DNA from: Dehalococcoidia bacterium
GTDB taxonomy: Bacteria; Chloroflexota; Dehalococcoidia; Lucifugimonadales; UBA3495
Length of the DNA: 64,000 nucleotides
NCBI GenBank assembly: GCA_963422635.1
Contig: OY730415.1
Location: 433,231-497,230 of the forward strand
Reading direction: 5' to 3'
Shown here: piece after piece, positions 17,703 through 27,056 of the stretch
Layout: each line of letters opens with the position of its first letter
How positions within the stretch are numbered: position 1 is the first letter of the stretch
Notes under the pieces: model-generated
Database searches by the model: none
Seen by the model: the letters and a program-made list of their open reading frames with translations, nothing else
What the model was told of the DNA's origin: nothing
Program-made: the position numbers and the translations under genes

Positions 17703-18013
17703 CTACATGGCGGCGGTCGGGGAGAATTGGCGAAGCGCAGGGGGGAAGGTAAAGCGGGATGCAGTCCCGTCCAGAGCGTCCAGCCGTTGCCCAACGACTT
17801 CAAAGCTCTTGTTCGTCGCCTCTACGAACTGCGCAAATTTATGGGGCAACTCCAGCAGTTTCCGGGGCAACAGCCGGGCGCCGGGCATTCGGCGCACTAG
17901 TACAGGTGCAGCTAGTCAAGCGGCGGCAGCAGCCGGGCGCGCAGGGCATTCGGCCACTCGGGGATTTCGGCCAGAATTCGAATTAAATCTTCGATAACGC
18001 TGATAGTCATCAT
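17703..18013 (-). pseudogene. small hypothetical ORF (84 codons if repaired) split by repeat-insert-repeat unit C
   Basis: MMTISVIEDLIRILAEIPEWPNALRARLLPPLD* (18013-17912), then track ORF 17703..17897 in another frame. Deleting 17871-17929 (59 nt) fuses them into one open frame. Confidence 0.35.
17871..17958. repeat. repeat-insert-repeat unit C: imperfect direct repeat of about 28 nt flanking an insert of about 32 nt (period 59)
   Basis: CAGCCGGGCGCCGGGCATTCGGCGCACT (17871..) versus CAGCCGGGCGCGCAGGGCATTCGGCCACT (17930..). The insert TAGTACAGGTGCAGCTAGTCAAGCGGCGGCAG carries stop codons. Confidence 0.8.
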
Positions 18014-18352
18014 TGGTCAACCACGGTACCCGGATCAGTTGGCTTTAGTCGGTAAATGCCAAGTTATCCACTTCCGAACTAAATCCCGGCAATGCTATCC
18101 TTTGAGGGGTTAACCATCTCCCTGAATTCTCGTAATAACGTGGCAAACCCTCAGCTTTCCGGCGCGGTTAGTTTTAGGTGGACAATACTTAGGGACTTGC
18201 TAGATTTTACCCGCCTAGAGATAATTGCGCTTTTGTTTCCCGGAGCTGGACCGGTTCCAGCGTCGATGACCGTTCCATTGCCCATTGACGGAACAGCCGG
18301 CGTTTTTTAGAATCCACCCTAACCGCTAACGTCGATTGGGAATAAGGTCATA

Positions 18353-19111
18353 ATGATGGTTATGCCAGCGCATTTGACGCCGCAAAAGGCGACTGAGCCG
18401 AACTATTTGCCCGAAAACGCTATTTACTGCGGTGATGCCTGCGAGCTACTGCAACGCGGGCATCCGGCTTCGGTGGCGCTGAGTTTCTGGTCGCCGCCCT
18501 ACTGCGTTGGCAAAACTTACGAGAAAGAGCTTACCTTTCCAAGTTGGCAAGGTTTGTTGAAAGAAGTAATCGCCTTGCATTACGAAATTATAAAACCCGG
18601 CGGCTTTCTGGCAATTAACATAGCGGATATTCTGTCTTTTTCCGACCCGGATACGCCCAGGGTTCAAGCCGATAATGTGGGGACAAAGAAGGTTAAGATA
18701 ACCGGAGAAGAGGCGCTGGCCGCTCAGAGAGCATACCCCGGCTATACCAGGTATCAACTGGCCGACCTTCTGGGTTGCAGCGAACAAACGGTTGACCGGA
18801 GATTGAATAACAACAAGGTCCGAGAAGGAAACGATTTTCTCACCACCATATTCGTAAAGTATAACTACCGGAGTGGAGCGGATAGAAACGACTTGATAGG
18901 CATTAGTATTATTTGCCTCCCCAACGGTATGCTTCAGGAAAGGTATAATCCTGACCAGGATGATTCTTTCTGGCGTGCCGGCAGAAACGCTCCGTCTCTC
19001 GGCGAGGTGTTTCGAGTAAGAATCGGCCTCCCGTCCCTGAAACGCAGGGCCAACTGGCGAGCGCAGCAGATACAGCTTGTCCCCGATTTAGCGCATCGTT
19101 GGGATGATTAG
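18353..19111 (+). pseudogene. truncated N4/N6 DNA methyltransferase (SPPY motif IV, internal HTH-like segment, no AdoMet motif I)
   Basis: VALSFWSPPYCVGKTYE, IIKPGGFLAINIAD and an HTH-like YTRYQLADLLGCSEQTVDRRLNN. The last ~90 codons are not MTase-like, and no FxGxG/DPFxGSGTT is found in any frame. Low GC. Confidence 0.5.
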
Positions 19112-19122
19112 AGCGACGCATT

Positions 19123-19791
19123 ATGTCTTTTGCCGACAATATTGAGCGGGAAGCTCAGCCGATACGCCAGGCTATCCTGGCCCACCCCTTTGTTGCCGGC
19201 GTGGGCGCTGGTACGCTGGAGGTGGCCCGGTTCAAGCATTATGTCTTGCAGGACTATGCTTACCTGGTTGACTACAGCCGGGTATTGGCTTTGGCCGCAG
19301 CGCGCGCTCCCGACCTGGAAACTATGTCCTGGTTCGCTCGGCTGCTGGATGAAACTCTGAATGTGGAAATGGACCTGCACCGCAGCTATTGCGCCGAGTT
19401 CGGAATCTCTCCGGAAGAGCTGGAGGGCGCCGTGGCCGCGCCGACTACCGTCGCCTACGCCGGCTACCTGCTCCGGGTGGCGCACCAAGGCAGCTTTGCC
19501 GAGTTGGTAGCCTCGCTGCTACCTTGCCAGTGGGGTTACTGGGAAATCGGCGACCATCTGGCCCGGCAAGGCGAGCCGGCGGGCGCGCCTCTCTATTGCC
19601 AGTGGATTCGGATGTACGCCGACCCTGAGTTCGCCGAGTTGGCCGACGCCCTCCGCAACCGGGCCAACCGATTGGGCGACCGGGCTGGGCCGGATGAGTT
19701 GGCCGCAATGGGCCAGGCCTATCTGACCAGTCTCCGCTTTGAATATCTTTTCTGGGACATGGCCTACAACCTGGAAAGGTGGCCGGTTTAG
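19123..19791 (+). CDS. tenA: TenA/thiaminase II family protein
   Basis: ILAHPFVAGVGAGTLEVARFKHYVLQDYAYLVDYSRVLALAAARA and C-terminal RFEYLFWDMAY are typical of TenA/PqqC-like proteins. Confidence 0.8.
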   Translation: MSFADNIEREAQPIRQAILAHPFVAGVGAGTLEVARFKHYVLQDYAYLVDYSRVLALAAARAPDLETMSWFARLLDETLNVEMDLHRSYCAEFGISPEELEGAVAAPTTVAYAGYLLRVAHQGSFAELVASLLPCQWGYWEIGDHLARQGEPAGAPLYCQWIRMYADPEFAELADALRNRANRLGDRAGPDELAAMGQAYLTSLRFEYLFWDMAYNLERWPV

Positions 19792-19980
19792 GGACCGTTC
19801 CTTCACCATGAACCACTCCATACATGACATGATCGGGAACATCGCAGGCTCTCTTCTCAATCCCAGCCCGCGACCGAACCGCTCCATACATGATCTGGAA
19901 CATCCCTCCGAGAATGAAAGGGCTTGCGAGTAAGACGCCCTCAACTTGTGATTTCCTGCTTCAACTAATATACTGGGCCT

Positions 19981-20667
19981 ATGGAAATGCCCCGCCAAAT
20001 ACCTCGAGACGACTTGACCGAACTGCCCCTGTTTCCGCTGAACTTGGTGCTGTTCCCCGGCATGCGACTGCCGTTGCATATCTTTGAGGAACGCTATAAG
20101 GCGATGATTGGCGACTGCATTGACCGGGAGGCGCCCTTTGGTGTGGCGCTGATTAAGGAAGGCCCGGAGGTGGGCGGCCCGGCGGAACCCTTTCGGGTAG
20201 GCACCACCGCCCGCATTACCCAAGCGCAGCGGCTGGAAGAGGGGCGATTGAACCTGCTAGCCCAAGGCGAGCGGCGGTTTGAGCTGGTGGAGATTATCCA
20301 GCAGACGCCCCACTTGGTCGGGCTAGTCAGTTTCAGGCGCGAAGAGGTTGGCGAGGTTGCGCCGACAGCGCTGGCTGAAGTCGGCGAGGAGTACGGCATC
20401 TTCCTGCGCCACCTCGCCACGCTGGCCGGAAGCTGGAATGCGCCGGCGCCGGCGGCGCCGGAAGACCCCTTGACCCTCTCTTTTGAGGCGGTTTCAACCC
20501 TAACCAGCAGTATTGAACTGCCCCAGAGTATGCGCCAGAATTTGCTGGAAATCGAGACCGCCGGGGAACGGCTGGAAAAGTTGCTGCCTTTGCTGAAACG
20601 CAGTAACGAGCTTATCCGGGAACAGGTGGAAAAGAACAACCCCTATCGCGGCCCCCGCCTTAACTGA
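19981..20667 (+). CDS. LON peptidase substrate-binding (Lon N-terminal) domain protein
   Basis: LPLFPLNLVLFPGMRLPLHIFEERYKAMI is the canonical LonN start. 228 aa, with no ATPase or protease domains. Confidence 0.8.
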   Translation: MEMPRQIPRDDLTELPLFPLNLVLFPGMRLPLHIFEERYKAMIGDCIDREAPFGVALIKEGPEVGGPAEPFRVGTTARITQAQRLEEGRLNLLAQGERRFELVEIIQQTPHLVGLVSFRREEVGEVAPTALAEVGEEYGIFLRHLATLAGSWNAPAPAAPEDPLTLSFEAVSTLTSSIELPQSMRQNLLEIETAGERLEKLLPLLKRSNELIREQVEKNNPYRGPRLN

Positions 20668-20728
20668 AGCAAACCCGGTTACGAAGGAATGACCGGTTAG
20701 ATATTAAGCGAACTGCGAGCGCTGCTAG

Positions 20729-21448
20729 TTAAGAAGGAGAGCCGGTGGAAGCTAGAAACAGACGACCCGGCGGAATCTCCACGATGCAGTCAACGTATAC
20801 GCCGGGGACGTGAATCTGGTCCGGGTCCAGTTCCCCGGCGGCTAATACCCGGTTTTCCACTTCCACCAAGGTTGTCGCCGCCGCCATTGCCATGATGGGA
20901 TTGAAGTTGCGCTGGGCCAGTCGAAACCGAAGGTTGCCCCGGGTGTCGGCCTGCCAAGCACGGATGAAGGCGTAGTCGGCGGGCAAGGGAAACTCCAGCA
21001 GGTAAGTGCGCCCGTTAATCTCCCGGCTTTCCTTGCCGGCGGCGATTTCGGCGCCGACGCCGGTGGGAGTATAGAAACCGCCGATACCGGCCGCGGCGGA
21101 GCGGATACGTTCAGCCAGAGTGCCTTGAGGTACCAACTCCCCGTCAATCTCACCAGCATTATACCTTCGCACAAAGGGAGTAACCCGGGAGGGATGAGTT
21201 GGGGCAGTGATAGAGCAGATCATTTTCTGCATGCGCCCGGCCTCGATTAACGTCCCCACGTCAACACGGCCATCGGTTCCGCCGGGTTCGTTGGAAATAC
21301 CAATAAGGTTTTTCGCGCCTTGCCGGTACAAGGCGGCGATGAGGTTTTGAGGCGCGCCGATGCCGCCAAAATCGGCAAACATTATCGAAGCCCCGTCGGG
21401 GATGTCGGCCACTGCCGCATCAAAAGTGGGGTGGATTTTGTTCTTCAT
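20729..21448 (-). CDS. scoA: 3-oxoacid CoA-transferase subunit A (ScoA/AtoD type)
   Basis: GGIGAPQNLIAAL, ELVPQGTLAERIRSAAAGIGGFYTPTGVG and RNFNPIMAMAA align with ScoA throughout. Confidence 0.85.
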   Translation of the reverse strand: MKNKIHPTFDAAVADIPDGASIMFADFGGIGAPQNLIAALYRQGAKNLIGISNEPGGTDGRVDVGTLIEAGRMQKMICSITAPTHPSRVTPFVRRYNAGEIDGELVPQGTLAERIRSAAAGIGGFYTPTGVGAEIAAGKESREINGRTYLLEFPLPADYAFIRAWQADTRGNLRFRLAQRNFNPIMAMAAATTLVEVENRVLAAGELDPDQIHVPGVYVDCIVEIPPGRLFLASTGSPS

Positions 21449-21753
21449 TCCCGGCGCTTACCCTCCATCGGCTCGATTATCGCATTCCAAAGCAGGGCCA
21501 AACCGCCGACCGCCAGCAGCGGCGCGGTAAATACAGCTGACGCCCAAGCAACCTGGACCGTCCCCTCGAAGATAACCGCCAAGATGGTGGCGACGACCCC
21601 AACCCTTTCCTTTATCGGCTCCGGCCAGCGCCAGAACCGGAGGGTATCCGGCACCCGGGGCCGCCAGGCAACTTGCAGCCCACAGTAGGAGCAATTTTCA
21701 GCGGTGGGTCGGTTGGCCGTTCCGCAGCGATGGCAAATAAACTCGCGTCGCAT
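21445..21753 (-). CDS. zinc-ribbon membrane protein, hypothetical
   Basis: CHRCGTANRPTAENCSYCG ribbon plus two hydrophobic segments. 4-nt overlap with the scoA start. Confidence 0.5.
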   Translation of the reverse strand: MRREFICHRCGTANRPTAENCSYCGLQVAWRPRVPDTLRFWRWPEPIKERVGVVATILAVIFEGTVQVAWASAVFTAPLLAVGGLALLWNAIIEPMEGKRRE

Positions 21754-22052
21754 AGCGCTGCTCTGCCCAGAAGATTTACCCTTACTTCCTACCGAGGTTC
21801 TCCTTTGCTTCCGTCCCTTCCGGCAGGTCTAGGCTACCATAGCGGCGAAGGGTTGGCTACTTGCCTTAACGCCAGCGCCCCTTCTTGCAGGACGGTTTGA
21901 AGTCCGTCCTTGCTCGTTTCCGTCAGGCGCGGTTTCGGGCGGCAACCGTTTGCCGGATAATTTCGGGGGAGGGAGGATAGACCCGCTCGCCCCGAACGAA
22001 TTGCGGCAAGCCGATGTTGAAAGTTGCCGCGCCTCCCTAGCGCCGACATCGG

Positions 22053-22913
22053 CTAAAACACCGCATTCCCCGGCGCATTTACCTGAATGCTGTAGAGGCC
22101 GGCGCGGGCAGTTACGTAGATTGTTTGGTAATCGGAGCCGCCGAAGCACAAGTTGGCCGGCAGTTGGGGAAACTCTATCGTGCCAAGATGTTCGCCGGCC
22201 GGGGTAATTACCCACAACCCGCCAGGGCCGGTGATATACAAGTTCCCGTCCCGGTCCACCTTCATACCGTCCGGGCCGCCGCGCTCCGCTACGTCCATAT
22301 CCACCAGGACGGACGGCTGACCCACGCTCAAATCGGAGTTTACCGGAAAGGCCAGCACGTGGCGGTTGCGAGAGTCATCCACGTATAGGATGGACTCATC
22401 CAGGGCAAAGGCCAACCCGTTGGGGCGGTTCATGTCCCGGTTCAGCAGGGTGATTGAGCCGTCCGGGTCCAACCGGTACACGCCGTTAAAGCCCTGCTCC
22501 CCCGGTTCCGGGTCAATGCCGTAAGGTGGGTCGGTGAAGAAAATAGAGCCGCCGGAGTGAACTACCAGGTCGTTAGGGCTGTTCAGCCGTTTGCCGTCGT
22601 AATGGCCGACCAGCGATACCATTTCCATTCCCCGATCCATACGGGGGGCCATACGGGACACCCGCCGGCCGCCGTGCTCGCAAGCCAGCAGCCGCGCCTG
22701 CCGGTCAAAGGTCAACCCGTTGGAGTTACCGCTGGGTGATAGAAACGGTTCCGGGCCGCCACCGGGCGTGTAGCGGTAAATAGTATTCGCCGGTATATCG
22801 CTGAACAGCAGGTAGCCGTCGGGATGCCATACCGGGCCTTCGGTAAACTCGAAACCTTCGGCCACTGACGCCGGTTCCTGTTCCGGGACCAAGTCGCGTA
22901 AGGAGCTTGCCAT
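22053..22913 (-). CDS. SMP-30/gluconolactonase/LRE family protein
   Basis: Start moved to ATG 22913 behind GGAGGT. EGPVWHPDGYLLFSDIPANTIYRY, NGLAF and PDGMKVD propeller motifs. Confidence 0.85.
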   Translation of the reverse strand: MASSLRDLVPEQEPASVAEGFEFTEGPVWHPDGYLLFSDIPANTIYRYTPGGGPEPFLSPSGNSNGLTFDRQARLLACEHGGRRVSRMAPRMDRGMEMVSLVGHYDGKRLNSPNDLVVHSGGSIFFTDPPYGIDPEPGEQGFNGVYRLDPDGSITLLNRDMNRPNGLAFALDESILYVDDSRNRHVLAFPVNSDLSVGQPSVLVDMDVAERGGPDGMKVDRDGNLYITGPGGLWVITPAGEHLGTIEFPQLPANLCFGGSDYQTIYVTARAGLYSIQVNAPGNAVF

Positions 22914-23038
22914 GTTGCTTACCTCCATATTCATATTACCAACATTCCCAGCGCATAGTAGTTGGTGCATTCCCCATCCCTTGCCGCTCTCCGCCAAGGA
23001 GCGGAGGCCAAGTCAGGGAACGGCGGCGGTAACGGCGC

Positions 23039-24415
23039 TTATCCCCCGACGATCGCCCGCAGCGCCTCCAGAACTTTTACAGTTGCTTCCGTATCCCTTT
23101 CGCAGTAGGACTGCAGGTCTCGCCGAATTTGCGCCTTTTCCCCGGCCGGCGTGTCGTCGGAAATCATTCGGATGTAGGCGATTGAAGCAAGGATGCCTTC
23201 CTGTATTTCCAAGTCAGCGTAGCCCCAGTCGGGGGCCAGAACTGGCAGCACGGATTTCAGGGAGTTGTTGGGAAGCGCAGGATGCTTGTAATTCTTGCGG
23301 ATTATGGGCAATAGGTCAAACAGCCGCTCGCGCAAAGCCAGCAAAGGGTTTTCGTACTGCGGGAAGGCTTGGGCCAGTTCCTGCAGCATACGGCTTTCGT
23401 AGGAGGAATACACTACAATCGAACCTTGGGGCGGAACGGCAGCGAGCAGGCTGGTAATAAGACGCTCCCTGGGGTCGGCGGCATCATCATTGAGAAACTC
23501 CCGGTGGCTTAGCCGGCGGTCGGCGTCCTGTATATGGAGCGACCATTGGAAGGGGATAGTTTGATAAGGTCTGGCGCCGACATAAACCGGCAGGGCGGGC
23601 ATAATAGTTTCAAAGTCCAGAAAACTTACCGGATAGCTCATCCCTCCTAGAATGGACGCCAGGTTCGGGCCTATGGAGGCTTGCTCTGCGCCTGCGGCGG
23701 GGGCTTCCGGTTCTTTCTGATGGCAGTACCCATAGAAAGGACACCGGTACGGTTTGCTGCAATGGGGGCCGGTCGCGATGTCCGGCGCTGTAGCCAACTT
23801 CAGCGCCTCCCCCATCCGGGCCAAGTCGCCGGGAAGATTATCTGCGGCAAATTGAATGGCTTCGGCGGTAACATCCGCCAGGCAAAACAGTTGCTCCAAA
23901 TCGTATTCCCCGCCCGGGTACACATATTGATTGTTAAGGTGCATCAGGTACGCTCGCTTAACGGAAAGTCCCGCTCCTTGCAGGGCGTACAGCTGAATTG
24001 CCACCTCGGGAATATGGGCATCTCTAACGCCGGTAGAGGACTTGACCTCCACCAAGTCAAAGCCGTCGCCGCCCGTTGGCCGGAGAATATCGGCCTTTAT
24101 CCGGATACCCTCAAAATTAAAGGCAGCTTCATACAAAGGGAGAACCGGGTTGGCGGCCAGCCTCGACTCGGTTGTCGCGACTGCCCGGTCGTGTCGAAGG
24201 TAGGTCTCTTCGATTAGCTGGCCGCCGGCGAAGCGTTTTCGGGCCAGTTTGCCGACTTTGTTGCCGGTGTCGAAGCGGTACTGCTGACTCTCGGTTGCCG
24301 GGTCGGCCAGGTCCTGGCGGTAGCTTTCCAGATAAAGCCGTTTCAGGCATTGCAGTCCGGCAACGAACCTGGATTTGGATAGATGGGTATAACTCGGGGA
24401 AGTCATTGGCGTCAA
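23039..24415 (-). CDS. DUF2779-type protein: RecB/Cas4-like PD-(D/E)xK nuclease N-domain plus DEDD-like exonuclease C-domain
   Basis: FDLVEVKSS (D..EVK), Cys cluster CSKPYRCPFYGYC, then VSFLDFETIMPALP and FQWSLH (RNase H-like exonuclease start). Confidence 0.65.
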   Translation of the reverse strand: MTPMTSPSYTHLSKSRFVAGLQCLKRLYLESYRQDLADPATESQQYRFDTGNKVGKLARKRFAGGQLIEETYLRHDRAVATTESRLAANPVLPLYEAAFNFEGIRIKADILRPTGGDGFDLVEVKSSTGVRDAHIPEVAIQLYALQGAGLSVKRAYLMHLNNQYVYPGGEYDLEQLFCLADVTAEAIQFAADNLPGDLARMGEALKLATAPDIATGPHCSKPYRCPFYGYCHQKEPEAPAAGAEQASIGPNLASILGGMSYPVSFLDFETIMPALPVYVGARPYQTIPFQWSLHIQDADRRLSHREFLNDDAADPRERLITSLLAAVPPQGSIVVYSSYESRMLQELAQAFPQYENPLLALRERLFDLLPIIRKNYKHPALPNNSLKSVLPVLAPDWGYADLEIQEGILASIAYIRMISDDTPAGEKAQIRRDLQSYCERDTEATVKVLEALRAIVGG

Positions 24416-24581
24416 CTCCTGATTGTTATCCTTTATACACTATATAGCTCGTCCCCAGGAAAAAATGTAAAGCAGTTTTTGTCAGTTCGACCCTTGCCGT
24501 ACTTGCGTCGGTTTATATATCGATGTATATAATTGATACATAACTTCCACAAACCAGCGGGAAAGAGATGATAGAGGTGAT

Positions 24582-24874
24582 ATGGTTACGGAGCTGCCTC
24601 CGATACGCTGGGCATAGCAGAAGCGTTCCACGTCAATTTTTACGAGAACCAACGGCGCGAGGAGGCTATCCGCCAAGCCATCGACACTATAGAACAATTC
24701 GTGGCCGATTTGGATGAGATACGCCCCACCCCACCGCAACCTTTTACGGTTCGACCAATTCTGACCAAGACCGTTTGCAAGGTCTTTTGGGAAGGAGGGC
24801 CGCCATCGGCGACCATTCCGAAACCGGGTTCGCTCAAACCCGGCCGCCGCCGCCGGTTAGTGAAAATAGGGTAA
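24582..24874 (+). pseudogene. small hypothetical ORF with a start-proximal frame break
   Basis: SD-like AGAGGTGA plus ATG 24582 gives MVTELPPIRWA*. A protein-like frame (GIAEAFHVNFYENQRREEAIRQAIDTIEQFVADLDEI...) continues in another frame to TAA 24872-24874 with no start codon of its own. Confidence 0.25.
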
Positions 24875-24972
24875 CCGCCGCCGGGCTTCTCGAAGAACGG
24901 GTTTCCGAAAGCGGCCCCCGAAATCCGCTATTCTGATATAAGGGCCAACGATTCGATAAGGAGGATAACCAG

Positions 24973-26334
24973 ATGGGCGCAACCGAAAGCATCGCCAAAT
25001 GGATAGTTAATACCAGCTATGAGGACATTCCGCCAGATGCCATACGGGTAGCTAACGAGTCCTGCTTCGACTTGCTGGGCGTAATCCTGGCCGGGTCAGC
25101 TCAACCGGTGGGGGAGATTATCCAGCAGTTCGTGGACGACAGCGGCGGCTCCAACCAAGCTACGGTGCTGGCTACGGGCTTGCGGACTTCCCTAGCCAAT
25201 GCGGCCTTGGCCAACGGAACGATGGGCCATGCCTTGGATTACGACGACTTCGGCGGCTTCGGCCATCCGACAGTAGCTATTTTCCCGGCCCTGCTGGCCC
25301 TGGGCGAGAACCTGGGTTCCACCGGACGAGACCTGCTCGAAGCCTATGTTATCGGCTGCGAACTGGGTATGGCGCTACAGCACACCACTAAATATAACCA
25401 GATGGCCAAGGGATTCCACGCCACCGCGGTGATTGGCCGGTTGGCCTGCGCCGCAGCCTGTTGTAAGCTGCTTAACTTGGACCAACAGCAGACCATAACC
25501 GCGCTGGGCATCGCCGGCTCGATGGCCGGCGGCCTGATTCACAACTTCGGCACGATGACCAAGCCGTTGCACGCCGGGCTGGTCTGCCGGGACGGAGTAA
25601 CCGCCGCCCAACTGGCCCAGCGGGGGTTGACCTCGGGACAACAGGTGCTGGAGCATCCTCTGGGCTACACCGCTACCGTTCTGGGCGAGGGTATCTACGA
25701 CCTGAACGAGATGGCGGAAAATATGGGCAAGCCGTTCCGAATCCAGGACGCGCTGATGATAAAGAAGTATCCCTGCTGCGGCGGTAACCACGCTATGCTG
25801 GACAGCCTGTTCAGCCTGATGCGAGAACACAACTTCACCTATGACGACGTGGTGGAGGCCGAGGTTGACCAGTCTTTCCTGTCCATAGTCATGCTGTACG
25901 AAGAGCCGGATGATGAGTTGAAGGGCAAGTTCAGCGCCAAGTACAACGTGGCGGCAGCCCTGATTGACGGCGAGATTGGCATCGACACTTTCCGCCAAGA
26001 CAAGATTGACGACCCGGACATTCAGGAGGCCATGGGCAAAGTTCGCAATCGGGTTATGGCTAAATCCGAAGAGGGCCTCACCGACCATAGCCCGGGTTTG
26101 CCGGTGCGCATTAAGCTGAAGGATGGCCGGGTCATCGAGCATCGAACCGCCCGGAACGACATCCTGGGCGCGCAGGGCAACCCCTGGGGATTTGAGAATA
26201 TCAAGAACAAGTTCCAGGTGAATGCCCGTCTGGTTTTGCCCGACGACCAAGTGGACGGCGCCATCGGCGCTTGGACCGACCTTACCCAAGTGGCCGACTT
26301 GGCCGAAACCATCCAACGAACCCTGGTTCGGTAA
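24973..26334 (+). CDS. MmgE/PrpD family protein (2-methylcitrate dehydratase-like)
   Basis: AKWIVNTSYEDIPPDAIRVANESCFDLLGVILAGS and HALDYDD motifs. 453 aa. Confidence 0.85.
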   Translation: MGATESIAKWIVNTSYEDIPPDAIRVANESCFDLLGVILAGSAQPVGEIIQQFVDDSGGSNQATVLATGLRTSLANAALANGTMGHALDYDDFGGFGHPTVAIFPALLALGENLGSTGRDLLEAYVIGCELGMALQHTTKYNQMAKGFHATAVIGRLACAAACCKLLNLDQQQTITALGIAGSMAGGLIHNFGTMTKPLHAGLVCRDGVTAAQLAQRGLTSGQQVLEHPLGYTATVLGEGIYDLNEMAENMGKPFRIQDALMIKKYPCCGGNHAMLDSLFSLMREHNFTYDDVVEAEVDQSFLSIVMLYEEPDDELKGKFSAKYNVAAALIDGEIGIDTFRQDKIDDPDIQEAMGKVRNRVMAKSEEGLTDHSPGLPVRIKLKDGRVIEHRTARNDILGAQGNPWGFENIKNKFQVNARLVLPDDQVDGAIGAWTDLTQVADLAETIQRTLVR

Positions 26335-26503
26335 TCAACAACGACCAGCAACCAACCAACAACCCGATGTCGGCCTTGGCCCAGGCCGGCATCGCCTCAA
26401 GTCCGCAGCCGGCATCGAGACTTCGGGTTATTCGGAGCAAGGTTCCAGTTCCCATCGGTAATAAATCCGCCTCGCTTTAATTGTCTGAGCCGGACGGTTT
26501 GGC

Positions 26504-26932
26504 CTACGGCTCTATCCTGATTGAATCGCCTACCTTGATGGGGCCGCCGCTAATTACCATGGCGAGAATTCCCCGGCGATGATTCAGTTCTTTGCGCAGA
26601 CCCATGCGGATGGCGTCCATCTTGCCGCAGGGTTCGCACTCGCCGACAATCTCCATCGTAACGTCGCTGCCGATGAAGAACACCTGGCCAGGCTGGGCTT
26701 GGGACAAGTCCAGGCCGGAAGTTGTAATGTTCTCCTTAATCTGACCCGGCGACAGTTCAAAGACATCCAGAGTTTCCTTGTCCATCACCAGCACCTGTCG
26801 GGCATTGTTGACCAAGCAACTACGGTCGCCCTCCAAGCCGCGGGCCGAGATGGCGGTAGCCTCCGACACCGGGTCCGAGGGCGTACCCTTCACCCGGGCC
26901 AAGTGCAAATTCAATATAGTTCCTTCCTGCAT
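26504..26932 (-). CDS. MOSC domain protein
   Basis: ARGLEGDRS, GENITTSGLDL and VGECEPCGKMD are MOSC beta-barrel motifs. 142 aa. Confidence 0.8.
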   Translation of the reverse strand: MQEGTILNLHLARVKGTPSDPVSEATAISARGLEGDRSCLVNNARQVLVMDKETLDVFELSPGQIKENITTSGLDLSQAQPGQVFFIGSDVTMEIVGECEPCGKMDAIRMGLRKELNHRRGILAMVISGGPIKVGDSIRIEP

Positions 26933-27056
26933 CGGTCTCCCTCCCGTATCATCCCGGGCGCCGGCTACGACGGCGCCCGGTCGGTGTAATCAGTGGTCGA
27001 GAGGATTATAAAGTCCGACCGTCTAAATTGCCAATTACAGTTATTGTGATAAAGTT

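Noticed and set aside
17652-17997. Plus-strand ORFs 17652..17900, 17707..17997 and 17759..17986.
   Set aside because: They overlap each other, are Arg/Ala/Gly-rich and lack an SD. The minus-strand reading, repaired by removing the 59-nt unit, gives a more coherent ORF.
19080-19122. TPP riboswitch upstream of tenA, and upstream of the NMT1/THI5-like gene at 61924.
   Set aside because: The spacers are only 11 and 30 nt, and the conserved CTGAGA / ACCTGATCTGGATAATGCCAGCG blocks are absent.
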